DNA of 64,000 nt from Lachnospiraceae bacterium (GCA_017508825.1 JAFWRC010000013.1:3786-67785); one strand, 5' to 3'; shown: positions 27,714 through 37,473, counted from the stretch's first letter. Made by a program: numbers and translations. Notes: generated by a model not told the origin, from the sequence alone.

Positions 27714-29669
27714 TTATGCTTTCGAAAACCTATCCCGGAATGCCGTATAGTTGGCACTGTCTTCCGGTCCGTAAACTGCAAAGCAGATATTTTTAAAGCA
27801 CTCCTGATATCCTTCATCGATCAGAATGGAACGGAAGTATTCCGAAACCACCGCCGGATCGTGTCCGAAAGCGCCGCATCCCCAGGCGCCGAGAATCAGA
27901 TTCTTATATCCCTTCTTCATTGCAATATGCAGCATGATCCGGATCCTGCGCTTCATCGTTTCATCAATCGCTTCCGCCGCCACATTGGCAGCCTCCTTTT
28001 TCCGGTTGGGCGCAGGTGTCGTTAAAACCGAAACCATATAAGGCTCTTCCAGCAGATTTCCATGCGCATCACGGAAGACACATACCTCCGGTGAGAGCAG
28101 CATATAGTCCGATGCCAGCGGTTTAAACTTATTGAACCGGTACATCAGAGACGCCGTCCTGGAAGTCAGCGACATATACAGGGTACTGTTCCTGCACAGC
28201 GACTCTTCCTGTGCCGGCGCCCCGATCAGAAATCCGCCGCCCGGATGCACCGCATTTGCAAAGTTCATAACAAACGGATTCGAATAGCGATGCGCCGCCT
28301 GATAGGAATCCTCCGTTGTTACCTCGATCTTGCAGGACATTTCTTTCTGATACTCCGCAATCCCTTTCTGTACAAAATACGCTCCGTCCTCCGGTGCAAA
28401 CAGTTCGCCGGTCGAGAAATCACGCTCCGGCAGCTTAAGCGGCTTACCGATATACTGGTACTCTCTTTCCTTACAGATCTTCTGTGTTTCTTTGGCGATC
28501 TCAGCGTTCTTTGCCGTCAGCTTTGTGTCCTTGTACCATGGAATGCTGTCCTTCTTCACCTCCGGCTTAACGTTGTCTGCGGAAGTATCACTCTTAGCTG
28601 CTATGCTCTTTGTCTCAGCAGGTGCAGCTGCTCCACTGCTTATCTCAGCAGCTTCCGCTGCATTCTCTGATGCCGCGCTTTTTGTCTCATCATCGGAAGA
28701 TTTCTCATCCGCCGCATCGGTATCTGCGACAGATGCATTTCTTGACATCTCCCGGAAAACTTCCGCCTGGGCCTCGGCTGCGGTTTTCAGATCTGCACCG
28801 TTCGTCTGCTTTCCGCCGCTTTTCTCTTCGTTTGCAGCTTCGCCCTTCCTGCGTACAATGACTCTGCCTTCCAGAAGTCCCCTGCACAGTTCTGTCTGCG
28901 CCCATTCCTCGCATTCCAGCGCACGCAGCGCCGTGAGCGGATGACTGCTGTTTGCCATATACATAAATTCCAGTGTTTTATCCCATCCGTTATTCTTAAC
29001 GATCTCACGATATTCCTGAGCCTGTTTCATAAATTCTTCTTTATTCGGTTCGATCGGGAATCGGCTGTCATATCCCGCAAAATACATACATGTGGTAGAC
29101 ATCTTGTCTGCCGTTCCGTCACACAGTACCGCTGCACGGTCTGCCGAAAACTCACTGCAGCGCATCCAGTAATAGAATGCCACCTGCATCGGGACCGTCA
29201 GCAATCCGCCCATCGGAAGAAACGCGTTTGCCGCCGTGGAAGCGCCGCTTAAAACGATCCTTCCCATAGTGGAATACAGCTGATGGTGGCATGCGATGTG
29301 TCCGCATTCATGCGCCAGTACCGTCGGCAACAGATCTTCCGGAAGTTTATTGATCAGACCGGAAGTCATCACGATAAACGGTTTTTCATCACCGGCCGTA
29401 TAGGCATTGGGATTATCGTTAAGGCAGAGATACAGATCCGGTACATCGATCCCCAGTTTCTCGCAGATCGGCGGAAGCATTTCATAATACTTCGGGAACT
29501 GGTTTTCCGAGATCCGGATATTGCTGGACAGATTCACGATGCGGTACTGCCGCTCACTGAATATCTTCATAAATCCCTTTACCAGCTGCTGGAATCCCGG
29601 TATCGCTTTCAGCGCATTTAACGCCGCCTTATCCGCATCATGTACATACGCTCTTGAATCAAATGCCAT
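27714..29669 (-). CDS. M48-family metallopeptidase fused to a TIGR02452/bacterial PARG macrodomain
   Basis: N-term PNAYT, LAHECGH, EFSADR and SHP..ALR; C-term MNFANAVHPGGGFLIGAPAQEESLCRNS and LILGAWGCGAF. Confidence 0.88.
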   Translation of the reverse strand: MAFDSRAYVHDADKAALNALKAIPGFQQLVKGFMKIFSERQYRIVNLSSNIRISENQFPKYYEMLPPICEKLGIDVPDLYLCLNDNPNAYTAGDEKPFIVMTSGLINKLPEDLLPTVLAHECGHIACHHQLYSTMGRIVLSGASTAANAFLPMGGLLTVPMQVAFYYWMRCSEFSADRAAVLCDGTADKMSTTCMYFAGYDSRFPIEPNKEEFMKQAQEYREIVKNNGWDKTLEFMYMANSSHPLTALRALECEEWAQTELCRGLLEGRVIVRRKGEAANEEKSGGKQTNGADLKTAAEAQAEVFREMSRNASVADTDAADEKSSDDETKSAASENAAEAAEISSGAAAPAETKSIAAKSDTSADNVKPEVKKDSIPWYKDTKLTAKNAEIAKETQKICKEREYQYIGKPLKLPERDFSTGELFAPEDGAYFVQKGIAEYQKEMSCKIEVTTEDSYQAAHRYSNPFVMNFANAVHPGGGFLIGAPAQEESLCRNSTLYMSLTSRTASLMYRFNKFKPLASDYMLLSPEVCVFRDAHGNLLEEPYMVSVLTTPAPNRKKEAANVAAEAIDETMKRRIRIMLHIAMKKGYKNLILGAWGCGAFGHDPAVVSEYFRSILIDEGYQECFKNICFAVYGPEDSANYTAFRDRFSKA

Positions 29670-29719
29670 CTCTTTTTTCTCCTTTCATATACACCCTTTT
29701 TATATGACCTGATTACACA

Positions 29720-30886
29720 TTATTTTTTAAATGCATCACCGATCGCCCTGCTGATCTCTTTCACTGTGGGTTTCGCCGGCAGACTCCTGATCGCCGTCTC
29801 TACTTTTACCGTCAGATCATCCGCAAGTTTTGTCTCCATCAGTTTCTTAACCCAGTCGGTATCCTCCAGGGTTTTGTTTCCCAGATAGATCTGCTCAAAC
29901 GCATATGTTGCCGCCTCCCCGATCAGCGTAACAAAACTGCCGCCGATAATGGCATTCATGATACTTGCCGCGATATTGATCCCCGGGATCGTCTTGAGCA
30001 TGCTGATGGTGGAACGCGCCACCGCGCTGACCGTTCCTACCTCTACCATCGTGCTGATAAATATTTTCGATTTTTCATCTCTTTTAATTCCGTATATGCT
30101 CGAAACTGCTTTTATCTCAGCCAGTTCGATCGCACTCAGCAATGCTCCGTCCGCGATCGGAACCGGTATGGCCGTAGCGGTCACTCCGGCAACTACCGAA
30201 GTCGCTATGACGCCCTGTGCAAACGCTCTTTTTCTTGTCAGGATATAGGCTTCCACATCCTGTTTCGATAATTGTATCGCTTCCGGCATCAGATCGTTCG
30301 TCGTATTGATCAATTCATCAATGCCGTTGGGCGGTATGATATTATCTTCGTCGATCACAAAAGGCGCTGCAACAACAGGGATCACATCTTTTAAGCGGTC
30401 GGTCTTTCCCCATTTTTCAAATGCATCCCGTACCATTTTGACATTTTCCCTGCGTTCGGCATTTGAGTAGGATTTGGTGATCACAACAATGATGGGGATC
30501 GATTTCCACATATGTGTTGCTCTTAACATATTTCTGATCGAATCCCGAAACAGTTTTCTTCTCGTACCTTCAATGCAGAACCAGATCACATGGATCTGCC
30601 GGTTGTCTTCTTCCTCCGCTTCTTTTTTTTCACTTTTTTTTGCACTTTCTTTTGACCATTTCTTTATCGCATTGATCGCTTTGGTCTTCTGAAAAAAGGT
30701 CGGTTCAAATCCGATCGTATCGATCACACGAAACGGAACATCTTCCCCTCTGTATATTTCCAGTCTTTTCGTGGTGCCGGTGGTTCCGTATCCCGTTTCT
30801 GTCTCCGGTTTCTTAAGCACTGCATTGATCAATGTGGATTTTCCGACACCCGATTCACCGATCAGCAAAACATTTCCCAGTTCCAT
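29720..30886 (-). CDS. TRAFAC GTPase with YcjF/DUF697-like hydrophobic C-terminus
   Basis: G1 GESGVGKS, G3 DTIG, G4 TKSY; C-terminal IPVPIADGALLSAIE..IYG and Gly/Ala-rich helices. Confidence 0.82.
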   Translation of the reverse strand: MELGNVLLIGESGVGKSTLINAVLKKPETETGYGTTGTTKRLEIYRGEDVPFRVIDTIGFEPTFFQKTKAINAIKKWSKESAKKSEKKEAEEEDNRQIHVIWFCIEGTRRKLFRDSIRNMLRATHMWKSIPIIVVITKSYSNAERRENVKMVRDAFEKWGKTDRLKDVIPVVAAPFVIDEDNIIPPNGIDELINTTNDLMPEAIQLSKQDVEAYILTRKRAFAQGVIATSVVAGVTATAIPVPIADGALLSAIELAEIKAVSSIYGIKRDEKSKIFISTMVEVGTVSAVARSTISMLKTIPGINIAASIMNAIIGGSFVTLIGEAATYAFEQIYLGNKTLEDTDWVKKLMETKLADDLTVKVETAIRSLPAKPTVKEISRAIGDAFKK

Positions 30887-30898
30887 ACTTTCTCCCCC

Positions 30899-31531
30899 TT
30901 ATCGCTCATCCACCATCTGATATTTCTTAAGGTCTACCCTATCATCGATCACTTCCACGCCTTCGGCTTCCAACAGTTTCGCCTGCACACCGGCGCCACC
31001 GAAAGCAAACGCTCCTGCCAGTTCTCCTTTCGCATTGACCACACGATAGCAGGGAATGTTATCCGGATCCGGATTTCTGTGCAGCGCATTGCCGACAGCC
31101 CGCGCCATCTTGCGGTCCCCCGCCATCGCTGCCACCTGACCGTAGGTTGCCACTCTGCCGTACGGGATGCGCTTTACCGCATCATAGATCCGCTTCGCCG
31201 GACAGTCCGCCACCAGATCGTAACTCTCCGCGATCATCAGCTTCACATCTTTCTCCGGAATGCTTCCGTCCAGAATGATCGTATTCCAATGCTCCTTATT
31301 CTGGTGATAGCCCGGGATCACGGATCTGTAGATCTGTCGCCAGAAATACGCTTTCTCCGGCTCTACCTTTACATTCAGGTTGATATATCCGTCCTTCTCA
31401 TAGGTCCACAGAAACGCCTTTTTATTTCCGCGATACCGTACCAGCTGCCAGTTCGGATCATGAAAAGGCGCATCCTGATAGGTATCCGGAAAGGAAAGAC
31501 CATATTGTAATGCCTGTTCACGTGTTTTTAT
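30899..31531 (-). CDS. MmcQ/YjbR domain + methylated-DNA-protein-cysteine methyltransferase domain
   Basis: Frame extends 70 codons beyond the track start to ATA at 31531, with GGAGG 7 nt upstream. PGYHQNKEHWNT (MmcQ); TYGQVA, RAVG and PCYRVV (MGMT/Ogt). Confidence 0.85.
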   Translation of the reverse strand: MKTREQALQYGLSFPDTYQDAPFHDPNWQLVRYRGNKKAFLWTYEKDGYINLNVKVEPEKAYFWRQIYRSVIPGYHQNKEHWNTIILDGSIPEKDVKLMIAESYDLVADCPAKRIYDAVKRIPYGRVATYGQVAAMAGDRKMARAVGNALHRNPDPDNIPCYRVVNAKGELAGAFAFGGAGVQAKLLEAEGVEVIDDRVDLKKYQMVDER

Positions 31532-31560
31532 AGTTCTGCCTCCACACTCTCAAAATAATC

Positions 31561-32595
31561 TTACTTTTCTGCAACCAGCTCTCTCTGCAATTTTTCCATG
31601 CCTGCGATCACTTTGTCACAGAAAGTATCAAATTCCGGATCTTCTTCGTACTTTTCCGGATGTGAAAGTACATAGTCGATTGCGATCCGCACGCCCTTGT
31701 GAAACGGCACATTCGTCGTCATCTGCGGCACAAGACGTTTCAGTTTACTGTTATCAAATGCAACGGAAACCGATTTGTCCCCGAGCAGACTGCCGGTAAG
31801 ATCATAGCCGTATGCCTCACCCACTTTGCTCAAAAAATCGCTGGCTACATGATATGCCTTCAGTTCCACGCCCAGAGCATCCGCAATGGTCTGATAGATC
31901 TGATCCCAGGTAAGCACTTCATCCCCTGTGATCTGAAAGGCTTCGCCGATAGCGTGACGGTTTCCCATCAGCCCGGTATAGCCGATGGCAAAATCCGCAT
32001 TAAAAGTCAGATGCCACAGAGACGAACCGTCTCCCTGAATGATCACGGGCTTGCCCTGCTGCATCCGTTTGATCACCTGGTAAAACCCTTTATTTCCATG
32101 TACCCCCAAAGGGATATTCCGCTCATCATACGTATGGGACGGCCGCACGATGGTGACCGGGAAGCCTTCTTCACGATATTTCTTTAGCAAAAATTCTTCG
32201 CATGCAATCTTGTTACGGGAATACTCCCAATACGGATTGGCCAGTGTCGTCCCTTCCGTGATCACATAGCCTGCTGCCGGTTTATGATATGCCGAAGCCG
32301 AACTGATAAAGATATACTGTCTTGTCTTTCCCTTGAACAGACGATAGTCTCTCTCCACTGCGTTTACATCAAAAGCAATGAACTCGCTCACGGTATCAAA
32401 CGTCATGCCATCCAGTTTCTTCAGCACATCCGCCTCATTGTTAATGTCCGCCGTGATCTGATGAATGCCCTCCGGCACTTCATCCTTACGACTGCCGCGG
32501 TTCAGGAGATACACTTCCCACTGCGGATCCTCCGCAAGCCGTTTGATGATCCCCATACTGATGGTGCCGGTTCCCCCGATAAATAATGCCTTCAT
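31561..32595 (-). CDS. NAD-dependent epimerase/dehydratase (extended SDR)
   Basis: GGTGTIS, FISSASAY and YSRNK motifs. Confidence 0.9.
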   Translation of the reverse strand: MKALFIGGTGTISMGIIKRLAEDPQWEVYLLNRGSRKDEVPEGIHQITADINNEADVLKKLDGMTFDTVSEFIAFDVNAVERDYRLFKGKTRQYIFISSASAYHKPAAGYVITEGTTLANPYWEYSRNKIACEEFLLKKYREEGFPVTIVRPSHTYDERNIPLGVHGNKGFYQVIKRMQQGKPVIIQGDGSSLWHLTFNADFAIGYTGLMGNRHAIGEAFQITGDEVLTWDQIYQTIADALGVELKAYHVASDFLSKVGEAYGYDLTGSLLGDKSVSVAFDNSKLKRLVPQMTTNVPFHKGVRIAIDYVLSHPEKYEEDPEFDTFCDKVIAGMEKLQRELVAEK

Positions 32596-32630
32596 GTTTC
32601 TGTCCCCCTTTCAGAAATAAAAAAGTTTTC

Positions 32631-33422
32631 TTATTGTTTCCACTCCAGTTCGCCCGTAAAACGCTTTACGTACTTGCTGATGCGGTAGCGTTCTTTTCCC
32701 TCCGTCCGGTCTCCGTATTCGATGGCATCCACCGGACAGTTCTCGATGCATGCCATACAGTGTGCGCAGTTCTTCTTCCATGCCGGTTTGTTATACAGCA
32801 TCACGATATTGTTCAACGGACACACTTTCTCACATTTCCCGCAGCTGATGCATTTGTTCGTCGCACGGAACGGCGTTGCCGGCTGCTTATACTTTGTCCA
32901 GAGCGGATGAAACGGCAGCGTGATCAGCAGTTCAAATAAAAACACATGTCTCGCGCGCAGTTTCTTTCTCTGCAGAATGCGCTCTGCCACCTCCGGGATC
33001 TTATCGTAAGAAGCACGGATCCGCTTCTTATTCTCTTCCGGGGAAAGCATGGGATAATATTCGCTGGCCAGATAGTTTCTCGGCATTTTAAACTCTACGC
33101 GTCCCATATATACTTTCTGCTTATGCCGCATGATCTGTTTGGCCAGCGGACCTGCGATCCCGGTATAGCCGCCGCTGGTAAAGATAAAATAGACTTTCCG
33201 GTTTCCGGACAGTTTGACTTTTTTCAGATAATCCGTCAAAAACCATGGCATTTCACAAACATAAACAGGGGAGCACACCACAAACGGTTTTCTCGACCGT
33301 ATCGGTGTGACATCCCCTGTGCGGATGCGTTCCAACAGATTCAGGCACTGATCATCCAACCGGTCAGCGATCTGTTTTGCTATAAATTCGGTATTCCCAG
33401 TTGCCGAATAATAAAGTACCAT
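32631..33422 (-). CDS. EFR1-type flavodoxin + 2x[4Fe-4S] ferredoxin
   Basis: YYSATGNT; CISCGKCEKVCP and CAHCMACIENCP. Confidence 0.9.
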   Translation of the reverse strand: MVLYYSATGNTEFIAKQIADRLDDQCLNLLERIRTGDVTPIRSRKPFVVCSPVYVCEMPWFLTDYLKKVKLSGNRKVYFIFTSGGYTGIAGPLAKQIMRHKQKVYMGRVEFKMPRNYLASEYYPMLSPEENKKRIRASYDKIPEVAERILQRKKLRARHVFLFELLITLPFHPLWTKYKQPATPFRATNKCISCGKCEKVCPLNNIVMLYNKPAWKKNCAHCMACIENCPVDAIEYGDRTEGKERYRISKYVKRFTGELEWKQ

Positions 33423-33427
33423 GCTCT

Positions 33428-35176
33428 CTATCCCTCCGACGCCTTTGCCTTGACCAGCGCCTTGTTCTCATACATCTTCTGATCCGCGCGTTTATACATT
33501 TCACGGAACACACGGCCGATCTCATCATCCCCCTGTTTCCGCATCTGTTCCAGCTCCTCTTGGCTGACACCGGCAAAACCTCCGGCATAGCTGATCCGTA
33601 CTCCGTCGCGGTCCCGGTTTATCCGCTCACATTCTTCCTCAAGCCGACCCATCAGTTTTTCATGATCCACCGCGGCAAGGTCGGGATACACGACGATAAA
33701 CTCATCTCCTCCCATACGCGCCACGACTCCGGCTTTTCCGAATACCGACTGTAACAGCGATGCAAAATCCGTGATCAGCCGGTCACCCTCCGTATGCCCG
33801 TACCGGTCATTGGCCTTCTTTAAATCATTCAGGTCAAAATTGACGATCCCGAACGGTCTGGGTTCTTTTACGATCTGCTGCTCCAGTTCGTTGATCTTCT
33901 GCCGGTTATAAACACCTGTCATGATATCTTCGTACGCCAGTTTTTCCAGCGCCTCATTTCTTGCTTCCGCCAGCATCGTTCTCTGCTGCGTATTGAAATA
34001 GTCGATGATGACCGAGAGCGCAAATACATACAGACCGATCAGGACGATGCTTTCAAAATCGCTGGCCTGCACATTAACAAATTTGTAATACAGATATCTG
34101 GCGAAATCGACCATCGATACGACAACCAGCGCAATCGTACCGATCAGCATTTCCTTATGGATCGCCTCTTTACGGATCACCCGGACGATCGTCATCGCCA
34201 GGATATAAAACAGGGTAACAACAATGATCACATGCCCCCCTACAAGGATTTTGGGGATATGTATGATATCCGTAAAATGCAGGAAGATCGCAATGATCGG
34301 AAATGCCACATCTACAGAGATCATGACCGGGAACCACATCCGGTTTTTCCCTTTGTAGTGATAGTAAAAATCATCCGCAAAATACATGGTGAAAAACAGG
34401 GGCGCTATATAAAGCGAAAGATACTCGATATAGCCTTTCAGCGCCAGCTGGTTTCTGCCAAACAGTTCGATCAGATTGTCTATGCCGAAATCCCAAAGAC
34501 CGATCCCGATAAAGGCGATCGACATCCAGATCAGATTGCGCACTTCCGGATTGCGCCGAAGGGACATAAATCCCACTATGATCACCGTTGCGGAAAGCAG
34601 GATCACCGCACAGTCCACGATCAGCTGCAGACGTTTGCTTCCGAGAATACCGTCATTATAGCGGTCCGCATCACAGACCGAAGGAATACGGATCTTGCGT
34701 ATCTCGCCGTTCTCCTGCACCGTCTGCGCTACGGTAAGCGTTTTTCCTTCATAATCTGACGGCAGCGGCACCGTGATATATCCGTATCCAAACATATGCT
34801 GATGCGGCTCTCCATACTCATAGATCAGTTCATCCTCCAGAAACACCCGTGCGGTAGAATGTGCCAAAAACACACGGATCATGGGCGTATTCACATGCCC
34901 CTGCAGCTTCGTCGAATAGATGAGCAGATCTCCGGCATGCAGATCCAAAAAAGTAAACTCTGAAAGATCCGCATCGGGCGTAACCTCACCGTTCACATTC
35001 ACATAATAAGACTGCTTCTGCGGGATCATGATACCTTCCATATCCCCCTGCCCCAGCGCAAAATAGATCAGCGCAAGCACCAAAAGAGTAAGCCCTCCCA
35101 ATACAATGCTCAGGAAGGATCTTTTACTCTCTTCATTTACCGCACCTTTTTTCTTTGCCGCCGCAGTCTCTGACAT
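33428..35176 (-). CDS. Membrane diguanylate cyclase (extracellular domain + ~7 TM + GGDEF)
   Basis: DLNDLKKANDRYGH, ARMGGDEF and ADQKMY motifs; multiple TMs. Confidence 0.9.
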   Translation of the reverse strand: MSETAAAKKKGAVNEESKRSFLSIVLGGLTLLVLALIYFALGQGDMEGIMIPQKQSYYVNVNGEVTPDADLSEFTFLDLHAGDLLIYSTKLQGHVNTPMIRVFLAHSTARVFLEDELIYEYGEPHQHMFGYGYITVPLPSDYEGKTLTVAQTVQENGEIRKIRIPSVCDADRYNDGILGSKRLQLIVDCAVILLSATVIIVGFMSLRRNPEVRNLIWMSIAFIGIGLWDFGIDNLIELFGRNQLALKGYIEYLSLYIAPLFFTMYFADDFYYHYKGKNRMWFPVMISVDVAFPIIAIFLHFTDIIHIPKILVGGHVIIVVTLFYILAMTIVRVIRKEAIHKEMLIGTIALVVVSMVDFARYLYYKFVNVQASDFESIVLIGLYVFALSVIIDYFNTQQRTMLAEARNEALEKLAYEDIMTGVYNRQKINELEQQIVKEPRPFGIVNFDLNDLKKANDRYGHTEGDRLITDFASLLQSVFGKAGVVARMGGDEFIVVYPDLAAVDHEKLMGRLEEECERINRDRDGVRISYAGGFAGVSQEELEQMRKQGDDEIGRVFREMYKRADQKMYENKALVKAKASEG

Positions 35177-35190
35177 CCGGTCTCCTGTGA

Positions 35191-35361
35191 TTACTCTTCC
35201 GAAAACAATTCTGCCTTTACCAGGACCAGTTCATCTGCTTCATTCCGCATCACCACCAGACGCTCGCCCGGTTTTATGTCAAAGGCGGTTCTGGCCCCCT
35301 CCGGCAGGGTGATGCGGTTCTGATCATCGATTTTTACAATACCGTATACTTCGTTATCCAT
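35191..35361 (-). CDS. AbrB/MazE/SpoVT-family small DNA-binding protein (56 aa)
   Basis: Not in the track. Hand translation: MDNEVYGIVKIDDQNRITLPEGARTAFDIKPGERLVVMRNEADELVLVKAELFSEE. Confidence 0.8.
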   Translation of the reverse strand: MDNEVYGIVKIDDQNRITLPEGARTAFDIKPGERLVVMRNEADELVLVKAELFSEE

Positions 35362-35464
35362 GTATGTAATACCTTTTACACTACGTTTGCCACGGAAAAA
35401 AACTGACGGTTTTTTCCCGGGTCACAACGGACTTCCCACTTCGTTGGAAGTCCCTTGCGACAAA

Positions 35465-36310
35465 TTAAATTATCGTCCTTCCGCCGTCCAGAACTACGGT
35501 TGCCCCGGTCATATAAGTGGCGGCATCCGAGATCATATACAGGATCGTGCAGACATACTCATCCGGCCGGCTCATACGGCCAAGCGGGATCAGCTTGCTG
35601 ATCTTTTCCTGAAACTCCGGATCCTGTCCGTTCTCCAGACTGGCCGGGCACAGCGTATTCACACGAATGCCTTTTTCCGCCCAATATACCGCCAGGTATT
35701 TCGTCAGACCGATCAGGCCATGCTTTACAACGGAATAGGAAACCGGCTTCACCGTCTGTTCTTCCTCCGGCAGTCCTTCCTTGCAGTAAATGCGCTGATC
35801 CGGAGCGATCAGACCGTAATCCGAGGAAATATTCAGAATGATACCTTTGCCCTGTTTTTCCATCACTTCTCCGAACACCTGCGCACAGAGCATTGCGCCG
35901 GTCAGGCCGACTGCGATGTCCTGATCCCACATATCCACCGGGAAGTTGTGAAAACGGATGGCGCCCAGATTCTTCGAACCGCCTTCCACTTTCGGATTGT
36001 TCGCCGCATTATTGATCAGTACATCGATATGTCCGTATTTCTCCATCAGGATATCCCGCACTTTTTCCAGAGCGCTGCGATCCGTGATATCGGTCACAAA
36101 TGTCTCCGCGGTGATATCATCACCATATTCTTCCATGAGACCGTTCTTTACACGGTCCATGCCTGCCTGCACGATATCCAGAAGCACCGGGATACCGCCG
36201 CCTTCCACGATCGCCTCCGCATGCTTCATCCCGATCAGGCCTCCGCCGCCGGTCACGATACATACTCTCCCGGTGATTTCAAAACGATTGGTATAAATCT
36301 TTTTTGCCAT
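35465..36310 (-). CDS. SDR oxidoreductase (PtmA/ElaC-like, nonulosonate-cluster type)
   Basis: TGGGGLIG, INNAA, SSDYGLIAPDQRIY, YSVVKHG and VLDGG motifs. Confidence 0.85.
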   Translation of the reverse strand: MAKKIYTNRFEITGRVCIVTGGGGLIGMKHAEAIVEGGGIPVLLDIVQAGMDRVKNGLMEEYGDDITAETFVTDITDRSALEKVRDILMEKYGHIDVLINNAANNPKVEGGSKNLGAIRFHNFPVDMWDQDIAVGLTGAMLCAQVFGEVMEKQGKGIILNISSDYGLIAPDQRIYCKEGLPEEEQTVKPVSYSVVKHGLIGLTKYLAVYWAEKGIRVNTLCPASLENGQDPEFQEKISKLIPLGRMSRPDEYVCTILYMISDAATYMTGATVVLDGGRTII

Positions 36311-36344
36311 GATTATCTGTTCCTTTCAATATTTCCGCAAATTT

Positions 36345-36392
36345 CCCCTCATCAGTCAGCTTCGCTGACAGCTTCCCCCAAAGGGGGAAGCC
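36345..36392. repeat. REP-like family A full copy
   Basis: CCCCTCATCAGTCAGCTTCGCTGACAGCTTCCCCCAAAGGGGGAAGCC. Confidence 0.88.
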
Positions 36393-36411
36393 AAGATCAC
36401 AATATGTTAAT

Positions 36412-37455
36412 TTATATTTCACTCAGCCTTACTTCTCTTTTCTCTGCATCGGCCTTTTTGATCGCCACTGCCATACGGAGTGTATCAATGCCGTTCTGCA
36501 ATCCGATCTTTATCTCGCGGCCGTTACGCACGGCTGCCAGAAAATCTTCCAGCTCCCGGATAAACATACCGTTTCTGGCAAAATCCGGATACTCCCCGGA
36601 CCGGATCCGCTCATCCTCCAGCCAGATCGCGTATTCGGTACTGTTCAGATCCGCCTCGAATCTGCCCCCGTCGCCGACCACTTTGAACCGGTGTACCGGC
36701 GGATATTGCAAAAAGTCCGTATGCGTATAGATCGGAAAACTTTTTTCGCCCCCGCCGCAGCGGAATACCACCGATGCGCTTTCCTCCACGTCGATCTCCA
36801 GTCCGCTCTGCTTCTGCAGCACTGCTGTCACGCTCTGCGGTACGCCGAAGATCCACTGCAGGATGTCCAGATCGTGCATCTGCAGGTTGAGTACCGGACC
36901 GCCGCCCATCACGCTCTGCGCCATATAGGTACCGCGGTAATCCTCATAACGATGCATCGTGGTCAGCCGCTCGGAAAACTCCGCTTCCACATAGGCGATC
37001 TTTCCCAGCATCCCGCTCTCCACGGTTTCCTTCATCACTTCCACGCAGGGATGATAGCGGTTCTGGAAGCCCATAAAGACCACCAGTTTCTTTTCCGCCG
37101 CAATCTGCTGCAGTTCCGCAACGCCTTTCATATCGGCTCCCAGCGGTTTTTCGATGAGCAGATGACAGCCCGCTTTCGCCGCTTTGATGGCACACTCGAT
37201 ATGTTTGGATGTGATATTGGTGATAAAGGCGATCTCCGGCTTCTGCGCCAGTGCCTCGTCCAGATCCGTAAAAGAAGTAATAGCATATTCCTGCTCCAGA
37301 TCCACCCCTTCGCGGATCTGCAGCTTATCCGTAAATGTCGTCTTGTGCCCGCGCACACGGTACGCCAGCAACTCTGCTTCGTTTCCGAGCACCTGCCGGA
37401 TATTGCGCACATGCCGCTGTCCGATGCTGCCCAGACCGATCATCAAAATCTTCAT
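36412..37455 (-). CDS. Gfo/Idh/MocA oxidoreductase (PtmF/ElaA-like)
   Basis: IGLGSIGQRH, LIEKP and GGGPVL..HDLD motifs. Confidence 0.88.
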   Translation of the reverse strand: MKILMIGLGSIGQRHVRNIRQVLGNEAELLAYRVRGHKTTFTDKLQIREGVDLEQEYAITSFTDLDEALAQKPEIAFITNITSKHIECAIKAAKAGCHLLIEKPLGADMKGVAELQQIAAEKKLVVFMGFQNRYHPCVEVMKETVESGMLGKIAYVEAEFSERLTTMHRYEDYRGTYMAQSVMGGGPVLNLQMHDLDILQWIFGVPQSVTAVLQKQSGLEIDVEESASVVFRCGGGEKSFPIYTHTDFLQYPPVHRFKVVGDGGRFEADLNSTEYAIWLEDERIRSGEYPDFARNGMFIRELEDFLAAVRNGREIKIGLQNGIDTLRMAVAIKKADAEKREVRLSEI

Positions 37456-37473
37456 TTGTTCTTCCCCCATTGC

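Noticed and set aside
35362-35460. c-di-GMP riboswitch upstream of the AbrB-GGDEF genes
   Set aside because: GGCAAA is present, but the remaining class I core (GNRA/receptor stems, GCAAAG..GGG) is absent; the hairpins fit a terminator and a repeat.
36325-36392. Hammerhead-like CTGATGA...GAAA on the minus strand of family A repeats
   Set aside because: No stem II between CTGATGA and GAAA and no stems I/III; other copies (4656, 2003) read CGGATGAG.
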